NCBI GenBank assembly: GCA_021848885.1
Contig: JAJZTN010000001.1
Location: 148-64,147, forward strand
Direction of reading: 5' to 3'
Source: Actinomycetes bacterium
GTDB lineage: Bacteria > Actinomycetota > Actinomycetes > JAJZTN01
DNA length: 64,000 nt
Program-made: the position numbers and the translations under genes
The notes under the pieces: generated by a model
The model's database searches: none
Seen by the model: only the letters and a program-made list of their open reading frames with translations
Told to the model about the DNA's origin: nothing
Shown here: piece by piece, positions 58,042 through 64,000 of the stretch
Numbering within the stretch: position 1 is the stretch's first letter
How the letters are laid out: the number at the start of each line of letters is the position of its first letter

Positions 58042-60771
58042 GTGCCTGAGCCCAGCGCGGCCGGCCTACGCCGGCTCGTGATCGTCGAGTCGCCGGCCAA
58101 GGCGAAGACGATCCAGGGCTACCTCGGTGCCGGCTTCGAGGTCGAGGCGAGCATCGGCCACATCCGTGACCTGCCGAGCCCCTCGGAGCTGCCCGCGACG
58201 GAGAAGAAGGGCCGCTTCGCCCGTTTCGCCGTCGACGTCGACAACGACTTCGAGCCCTACTACGTCGTCGACCCGGACAAGCGCAAGAAGGTCGCTGAGC
58301 TCAAGCGCAAGCTGGCCGAGGCCGACGAGCTGCTGCTGGCCACCGACGAGGACCGCGAGGGCGAGGCGATCGCCTGGCACCTGCGCGAGGTGCTCAAGCC
58401 GCGCGTACCCGTCCGTCGGATGGTCTTCCACGAGATCACCCGGGAGGCCATCCGGGAGGCGGTGGCCAACACCCGCGAGCTGGACCAGCGGCTGGTCGAC
58501 GCGCAGGAGACCCGCCGCATCCTGGACCGGCTCTACGGCTACGAGGTCTCCCCGGTGCTGTGGCGCAAGGTCCGCGCGGGGCTCAGCGCCGGCCGCGTGC
58601 AGTCCGTTGCGACCCGGCTGGTGGTCGAGCGTGAGCGGGCCCGGATGAGCTTCGTCGTCGCCGGCTACTGGGACCTGCAGGGTCGCTTCGCCGTGCCGGG
58701 GGTCGCCGGTGCGGACCCGCAGACCGGTTCCGACGCGGCCTTCACCGCTCGGCTCACCGCGGTGGACGGTCGGCGGGTCGCCACCGGACGCGACTTCGGC
58801 CCGGACGGCGAGCTGCTGCCCGAGCGCAACGTCGTCGTGCTCGACCAGGTTGTGGCGGCTGCCCTTGCTGACGGGCTGGGCGGGGCCGCCTTCACCGTGC
58901 GTTCGGTGGAGGACCGGCCATACACCCGCCGGCCGGCCGCGCCGTTCATCACGTCCACGCTGCAGCAGGAGGCCAGCCGCAAGCTGCGCTTCAGCTCGCA
59001 GACCACGATGCGGGTGGCCCAGCGCCTCTACGAGTCCGGCTTCATCACCTACATGCGCACCGACTCGACCACGCTGTCGGACTCGGCACTGGCCGCCGCG
59101 CGGGCCCAGGTCCGCGAGCTCTACGGCGCCGAGTACGTCCCCGACGTCCCGCGCCGCTATGAGCGCAAGGTGAAGAACGCCCAGGAGGCGCACGAGGCGA
59201 TCCGCCCGGCCGGTGACGCCTTCCGCACCCCGGGGCAGGTGGCGGGGGAGATCTCCGGTGACGAGTTCGCCCTCTACGAGCTGATCTGGAAACGCACGGT
59301 GGCCTCGCAGATGACCGACGCGCGGGGCAGGACCGCCACGGTCCGCCTCGGTGCGCGCACTCTGGCCTCGAGCCCGGGTGCCGCGGGGATGCCGGACGGA
59401 ACGGACGCGGAGTTCACCGCGTCGGGGACCGTCATCACCTTCCGTGGCTTCATGGCGGCCTACGAAGAGGGCAGCGACGAGGAGGGGGCGGAGCGGCGCG
59501 AGGAGGAGCGCCGACTGCCACCGCTGAGGACCGGGGATCCGCTGCTCGTCGAAGCGCTGCAGGCCGACGGGCACCAGACCAGCCCCCCGGCCCGCTACAC
59601 CGAGGCCACGTTGGTCAAGGCCATGGAGGAGCGTGGCATCGGCCGGCCCTCGACGTACGCCTCGATCATGGGCACCATCCTGGACCGCGGCTACATCTTC
59701 AAGAAGGGCACGGCTCTTGTGCCCACCTGGCTGGCCTTCTCCGTGGTCGGCCTGCTCGAGCGGCACTTCGGCCGTTTGGTCGACTACGACTTCACTGCCT
59801 CGATGGAGGAGGACCTGGACCGGATCGCCGGTGGCGACGAGGACCGGGTGCGCTGGCTGTCCCGGTTCTACTTCGGCACCGGCAACGGCGACGAGCTCGG
59901 TGGCCTGCGCAGGCTGGTCGAGAGCCTCGGTGACATCGATGCCCGAGAGGTCAACACCATCCCGATCGGGGCGGGTATCGCTGTGCGGGTTGGGCGCTAC
60001 GGGCCCTATCTCGAGCGCGAGGACGCCTCCGGCGGACCGGCGCAACGAGCCGCGCTGCCGGCCGACCTGGCTCCCGACGAGCTCGACGTCGAGACGGCCG
60101 AGCGGTTGCTGGACCAGCCCTCGGCCGAGCGCAGCCTGGGCATGGACCCGGGCACAGGCCGGGAGATCGTCGTCAAGTCCGGCCGGTTCGGCCCCTATGT
60201 CACCGAGCTGCTCGAGGAGGGGGCACCGAAGTCGGCCAAGCCGCGCACCGCCTCGCTCTTCGCCACGATGCAGCCGGAGACCATCACCCTCGAGGACGCC
60301 CTGCGGCTGCTCAGCCTGCCTCGCACGGTGGGCGTCGACCCGGCTAGCGGCGAGCAGATCATCGCCCAGAACGGCCGCTATGGCCCCTACCTCAAGCGCG
60401 GCAACGACTCCCGCTCACTTGAGACCGAGGAGCAGCTCTTCACGGTGACCCTCGAGGAGGCGCTGGAGCTCTACGCCCAGCCCAAGCAGCGCGGCCGGAC
60501 CCGGGCCAGCGGCGGCGCCTCGGCGCGCGAGCTGGGTGCCGACCCGGTCAGCGGTCGCCCCATCGTGGTGAAGTCGGGGCGGTTCGGCCCCTACGTCACC
60601 GACGGGGAGACCAACGCCACGCTGCGCAGCGGAGACGACCCGGACTCGATCGAGCTGGACCGGGCGGCCGAGCTGCTCGCAGACAAGCGGGCCAAGGGAC
60701 CGGCCAAGCGGCCGGCTGGCGCCCGGCGCCCCCGGGCCGGCAAGGCGCCCTCTGCTCGACCCGGCTCCTGA
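58042..60771 (+). CDS. topA: DNA topoisomerase I
   Basis: The Toprim domain starts LVIVESPAKAKTI. The active-site Tyr region and a Lys/Arg/Ala-rich C-terminal tail with GRFGPY repeats are typical of actinobacterial TopA. Confidence 0.95.
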   Translation: MPEPSAAGLRRLVIVESPAKAKTIQGYLGAGFEVEASIGHIRDLPSPSELPATEKKGRFARFAVDVDNDFEPYYVVDPDKRKKVAELKRKLAEADELLLATDEDREGEAIAWHLREVLKPRVPVRRMVFHEITREAIREAVANTRELDQRLVDAQETRRILDRLYGYEVSPVLWRKVRAGLSAGRVQSVATRLVVERERARMSFVVAGYWDLQGRFAVPGVAGADPQTGSDAAFTARLTAVDGRRVATGRDFGPDGELLPERNVVVLDQVVAAALADGLGGAAFTVRSVEDRPYTRRPAAPFITSTLQQEASRKLRFSSQTTMRVAQRLYESGFITYMRTDSTTLSDSALAAARAQVRELYGAEYVPDVPRRYERKVKNAQEAHEAIRPAGDAFRTPGQVAGEISGDEFALYELIWKRTVASQMTDARGRTATVRLGARTLASSPGAAGMPDGTDAEFTASGTVITFRGFMAAYEEGSDEEGAERREEERRLPPLRTGDPLLVEALQADGHQTSPPARYTEATLVKAMEERGIGRPSTYASIMGTILDRGYIFKKGTALVPTWLAFSVVGLLERHFGRLVDYDFTASMEEDLDRIAGGDEDRVRWLSRFYFGTGNGDELGGLRRLVESLGDIDAREVNTIPIGAGIAVRVGRYGPYLEREDASGGPAQRAALPADLAPDELDVETAERLLDQPSAERSLGMDPGTGREIVVKSGRFGPYVTELLEEGAPKSAKPRTASLFATMQPETITLEDALRLLSLPRTVGVDPASGEQIIAQNGRYGPYLKRGNDSRSLETEEQLFTVTLEEALELYAQPKQRGRTRASGGASARELGADPVSGRPIVVKSGRFGPYVTDGETNATLRSGDDPDSIELDRAAELLADKRAKGPAKRPAGARRPRAGKAPSARPGS

Positions 60772-60869
60772 GCCCGGCGCCTTAGCCCGGCTCCGCGAGC
60801 CCCGCCTCCGCGAGCCCCACCTCCCCGAGCCCGGGCCGGAGATGTCGGCGCCGCGGTTAGGCTGGCCCG

Positions 60870-61541
60870 GTGCCCCAGCCCCGACAGGCCCGGCCCGCCG
60901 CCGACGCCCCGACCGGGCTCTTCATCGCCTTCGAGGGTGGCGAGGGGGCCGGCAAGTCCACCCAGGTGCACCGGCTCGCGCAGTGGCTGCGCGAGCAGGA
61001 CCACGAGGTCGTGGTCACCTTCGAACCGGGCGACACCAAGCTGGGGCGGGCGTTGCGCGAGGTGCTGCTGCACCTTGAGGGCCCCCGGCCCACCCCGGTG
61101 GCCGAGGCGCTGCTCTTCGCCGCCGACCGGGCCGAGCATGTGGCGCGGGTGGTCCGCCCGGCCCTGGCCGCAGGCGCGGTGGTGCTGACCGACCGCTTCA
61201 GCGACTCCTCCATCGCCTACCAGGGCGGGGCCCGCCGGCTCGGCACGGCCCGCATCGCCGAGCTGGCCAGCTGGGCCACCGGAGGGCTGCGCCCTGACCT
61301 CACCGTGCTGCTCGACCTGCCACCGCGGGTCGGCCTGGCTCGCTTCGCAACCCCGCACGACCGGCTGGAGTCCGAGCCCCTGCAGTTCCACGACCGAGTC
61401 CGGTCCAGCTTCCTGGAGCTGGCCGCGGCGGACCCGGCCGGGCATGTCGTCATCGACGCCAGTGCCGAGGTCGAGCAGGTGGCCCAGGCGGTGCGCGCCG
61501 CGGTCGAGGCGCTGCTCCATGATGCTCGGCAGCCACTATGA
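60870..61541 (+). CDS. tmk: Thymidylate kinase
   Basis: The P-loop reads FIAFEGGEGAGKSTQ. The DRF motif and lid region are present. Confidence 0.9.
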   Translation: MPQPRQARPAADAPTGLFIAFEGGEGAGKSTQVHRLAQWLREQDHEVVVTFEPGDTKLGRALREVLLHLEGPRPTPVAEALLFAADRAEHVARVVRPALAAGAVVLTDRFSDSSIAYQGGARRLGTARIAELASWATGGLRPDLTVLLDLPPRVGLARFATPHDRLESEPLQFHDRVRSSFLELAAADPAGHVVIDASAEVEQVAQAVRAAVEALLHDARQPL

Positions 61542-62755
61542 GCGTCTTCTCGGCTCTCGTCGGGCAGACCCACGCGGTCGCCACCCTGTCCGCTGCCGCC
61601 GCCGACGCCGCCGCGGTGCTGGTCGGTGGTCCCGCCGGGTCGATGACGCACGCCTGGCTGCTCACCGGCCCGCCCGGCTCGGGCCGCTCCATCGCAGCCC
61701 GAGCCTTCGCCGCTGCGCTGCAGTGCCCGAGCGGGGGGTGCGGCACCTGCCCGAGCTGCCGCACCACCCTGGCCGGCACCCACCCGGACCTGGAGGTGCT
61801 GCGCACCGAGGCGCTCTCAATCGGGGTGGCCGAGGTGCGCGAGCTGGTCCTCGGCGCGGCGCGTCGCCCCTCCCGTGGGCGCTGGCAGGTGGTGCTGGTC
61901 GAGGACGCCGACCGGCTGACCGAGCCTGCCGCCAATGCCGCGCTCAAGGCGATCGAGGAGCCGGGCGAGCGCACCGTGTGGCTGCTGTGCGCGCCCGCGC
62001 CGGAAGACCTGCTGCCCACCGTCAGGTCGCGCTGTCGGCACGTGCTGCTGCACACCCCGCCGCTGGCCGACGTCGCCGCCCACCTGGTCGAGCATGACGG
62101 GGTCGACCAGGCGATGGCCGCCTTCGCCGCGCGTGCGGCCCAGGGCCATATCGGGCGGGCGCGGCGCCTCGCCCTGGACGAGCAGGCGCGGCTGCGTCGC
62201 TCCGATGTGCTGCGGGTGCCCTTCGCCGTCGCCCGGGTCAGCGATGCCGTGATGGCCGCCGGCGCCCTGGTCGAGTCGGCCGGTGAGGAAGCCACGGCCG
62301 CCAGCGCCGAGCTGGACGCGGCGGAGTCGGCCGCGCTGGGCCGTGCGCTGGGCGAGGGCAGCACCGGGCGCGGCCTGCCGGCTTCAGCCCGGGCCGCGCT
62401 GAAGGACCTCGAGCGAGCCCAGAAGACCCGAGCCACCCGGTTGCGCCGCGACGCCCTGGACCGGGCCCTGACCGACCTGGCCGCGCTCTACCGCGACGTG
62501 CTCGCTGTCCAGTTCGGCGCCGAGGTCACTCTCACCGCCGAGGAGCTGCGCCCGCAGGTGCGCCGGCTGGCCGAGGCGAGCACCCCGGAGTCCACCCTGG
62601 CCCGAATCGAGGCGGTGCTTTCCGCACGGGCGGCCATCGAGGCCAACGTCGCCCCGCTGCTGGCCGTTGAGGCGCTCGCGGTGCGGCTGTGGGACCCGGC
62701 CAGCCGGTCCGACGATTCGGCGGTGACGGCACCGGGTGCGCTGACCAGCCGTTAG
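61538..62755 (+). CDS. holB: DNA polymerase III subunit delta'
   Basis: AAA+ Walker A HAWLLTGPPGSGRS, zinc module CPSGGCGTCPSC, sensor motifs. The tmk-holB order is conserved. Confidence 0.85.
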   Translation: MSVFSALVGQTHAVATLSAAAADAAAVLVGGPAGSMTHAWLLTGPPGSGRSIAARAFAAALQCPSGGCGTCPSCRTTLAGTHPDLEVLRTEALSIGVAEVRELVLGAARRPSRGRWQVVLVEDADRLTEPAANAALKAIEEPGERTVWLLCAPAPEDLLPTVRSRCRHVLLHTPPLADVAAHLVEHDGVDQAMAAFAARAAQGHIGRARRLALDEQARLRRSDVLRVPFAVARVSDAVMAAGALVESAGEEATAASAELDAAESAALGRALGEGSTGRGLPASARAALKDLERAQKTRATRLRRDALDRALTDLAALYRDVLAVQFGAEVTLTAEELRPQVRRLAEASTPESTLARIEAVLSARAAIEANVAPLLAVEALAVRLWDPASRSDDSAVTAPGALTSR

Positions 62756-62794
62756 GGTCGCCGTACCGTCTCTGCCGTCTGCGAGGAGGCACCC

Positions 62795-63661
62795 GTGGGC
62801 CTGGTGATGGCGGTCGCCTTCACCCGACGCGGGCGGCTGTACTACCTCGACCCTGGCCGCCACCGCCCCCGGGTGGGCGAGAAGGTGCTCGTGCCCACCG
62901 CCGATGGCCCCGAGGTGGCCGAGTGCGTGTGGCCGCCCGAGTGGGTCGAGGAGGATATCGGCGGGCTGCCGGTGTGCGCCGGTCTGGCAGGCGAGGACGA
63001 TCTCGAGCGCGACGGGGCCAACAGGCGTCGGCGCGCCGAGGTGCTCGTCGTGACCCGCCGGCTGGTGCGTGCGCACGCCCTGCCGATGAAGGTGGTCGCG
63101 GTCGACGTGCTGCCCGAGCAGGTGACCGTCTACTACAGCGCACCGCACCGGGTCGACTTCCGGGCCTTGCTCCGCCAGCTCGGCGCCGAGCTGGGGGTGC
63201 GGCTCGTGCTGCGCCAGCTCGGTGCCCGCGACGAGGCCCGGGTGCAGGGCGGGATCGGTCCCTGCGGGCGCGAGCTGTGCTGTTCGACTTTCCTGCCCGA
63301 CTTCGAGCCGGTCAGCGTGCGAATGGCCAAGGACCAGGACCTGGCGCGCAACCCGCTGCGCATCGCCGGGGCCTGCGGTCGGCTGATGTGCTGCCTTGCC
63401 TACGAGCAACCGCTGTACGCCGAGTTCCGGCAGGCGGCACCGGCGATGGGGGCCGAGGTCACCACACCGGAGGGTGCGGGCCGTGTTGTCGGCTACGACG
63501 TGCCTCGCGGGCAGGTGATGGTCCGGTTGCGCGAGACTGGGCGGCGGCGTGGTTGCACGCTGGCCGACGTGTGCCCAACCCGGCAGGCCCGCCGGGCGCG
63601 GGAGGGGCGTTGGACCGGCCACCTTGGGGCCGGCGAGCCGACTGATCGGGGGCAGCGGTGA
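62795..63661 (+). CDS. PSP1 C-terminal domain protein (RicT/YaaT-like)
   Basis: The PSP1 domain has conserved Cys clusters (GPCGRELCCSTFL...CGRLMCCLAYE). It is commonly linked to holB. Confidence 0.8.
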   Translation: MGLVMAVAFTRRGRLYYLDPGRHRPRVGEKVLVPTADGPEVAECVWPPEWVEEDIGGLPVCAGLAGEDDLERDGANRRRRAEVLVVTRRLVRAHALPMKVVAVDVLPEQVTVYYSAPHRVDFRALLRQLGAELGVRLVLRQLGARDEARVQGGIGPCGRELCCSTFLPDFEPVSVRMAKDQDLARNPLRIAGACGRLMCCLAYEQPLYAEFRQAAPAMGAEVTTPEGAGRVVGYDVPRGQVMVRLRETGRRRGCTLADVCPTRQARRAREGRWTGHLGAGEPTDRGQR

Positions 63662-64000
63662 TGAGGCGGACGGGTCCGGTTCTCGGTTGGGGCCGAAAGG
63701 CCTGCGACGGCGCGACCTCCGGCGCATCCTGGCGCGGCTGGGTGGTCGCCGCAGTTGCCGGCACGCTTGTGCTGGCAGGGTGCACAAGCCCGAGCGGCGT
63801 ACGGGCGTCCGGCGGCGCGAGTTCGAGCGAGTCCGGCGGCACGAGCGGCCCCACCAGCTCGAGCCCCGGCGCGACAAGCCCGCTCGCCTCTGCGAGCACC
63901 GACCCGGCCAAGGACCCAGCGCTGGCCCGGTTCTATCACCAGAAGCTGAGCTGGGTTCCCTGCCAGGTGCCCTCGGGTGCCTCCGGCTTCCAGTGCGCCA
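63661..64000 (+). CDS. Putative lipoprotein, N-terminal part (runs off window end)
   Basis: ATGAGGCGG... translates MRRTGPVLGW...VAAVAGTLVLAGC, a signal peptide plus lipobox, then a Ser/Gly-rich linker. There is no stop before 64000. Confidence 0.45.
   Translation, partial: MRRTGPVLGWGRKACDGATSGASWRGWVVAAVAGTLVLAGCTSPSGVRASGGASSSESGGTSGPTSSSPGATSPLASASTDPAKDPALARFYHQKLSWVPCQVPSGASGFQCA

Overview
This is a 64 kb, uniformly high-GC (about 70%+) chromosomal segment, almost certainly from an actinobacterium; I cannot name the genus from sequence alone. It is densely coding on both strands. Reading left to right:

- **Housekeeping block (start of window to ~8.1 kb):** dnaX 3' end, recR, a DUF5063 gene, a lipoprotein gene, lysC-asd, an S9 peptidase.
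- **Regulator / adh / transporter (~8.1-16.8 kb):** a divergent GAF/AAA/Fis-type activator gene and Zn-alcohol dehydrogenase gene, then a five-gene CUT1-type ABC importer with two non-identical ATPase genes.
- **Mobile-element islet (~16.8-20.9 kb):** decayed IS481- and IS1595-family transposase fragments bracketing a class-I glutamine amidotransferase gene and a LysR regulator gene, ending at the 3' end of a tRNA-Pro(CGG).
- **Conserved actinobacterial neighbourhood (~20.9-37.7 kb):** metallophosphoesterase gene, yqeY, ponA-like PBP gene, whiB, a pair of ArsA-like ATPase genes, DUF4177, ridA, NUDIX and MBL-fold hydrolase genes, crp, nth, TlpA-like redoxin gene, a second NUDIX gene, MarP-like protease gene, epoxide-hydrolase-like gene, holin-like gene, and a disrupted nhaA.
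- **Acetate locus (~38-45 kb):** lytS-like kinase, LytTR regulator, DUF485, actP, satP-like, acs.
- **Tad/Flp pilus-type locus (~45.3-51.9 kb):** a HAD-IB hydrolase gene, then ssd-like, tadA, tadB, tadC, flp-like, tadE-like and a further TadE-like gene, with a conspicuous 12-nt minisatellite inside it.
- **Tail of window (~52-64 kb):** a DEAD/DEAH helicase gene with DUF1998, an RsbV/RsbW-like pair, an H+-pyrophosphatase gene, topA, tmk, holB, a PSP1/RicT gene and the start of a lipoprotein gene.

The observations most worth follow-up are the tRNA-Pro-associated IS graveyard islet, the asymmetric two-ATPase ABC importer, the in-frame 12-nt minisatellite in the Tad locus, an RsiG-like coiled-coil protein next to crp, tandem repeats in the crp and ponA upstream regions, and an internally deleted nhaA. 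Gene starts are approximate in many cases: GTG/TTG starts and long upstream ORF extensions typical of high-GC DNA make them hard to fix. Some base positions I read off the sequence lines by eye disagreed by 1 nt with the ORF-track frame; where they conflicted I followed the track.
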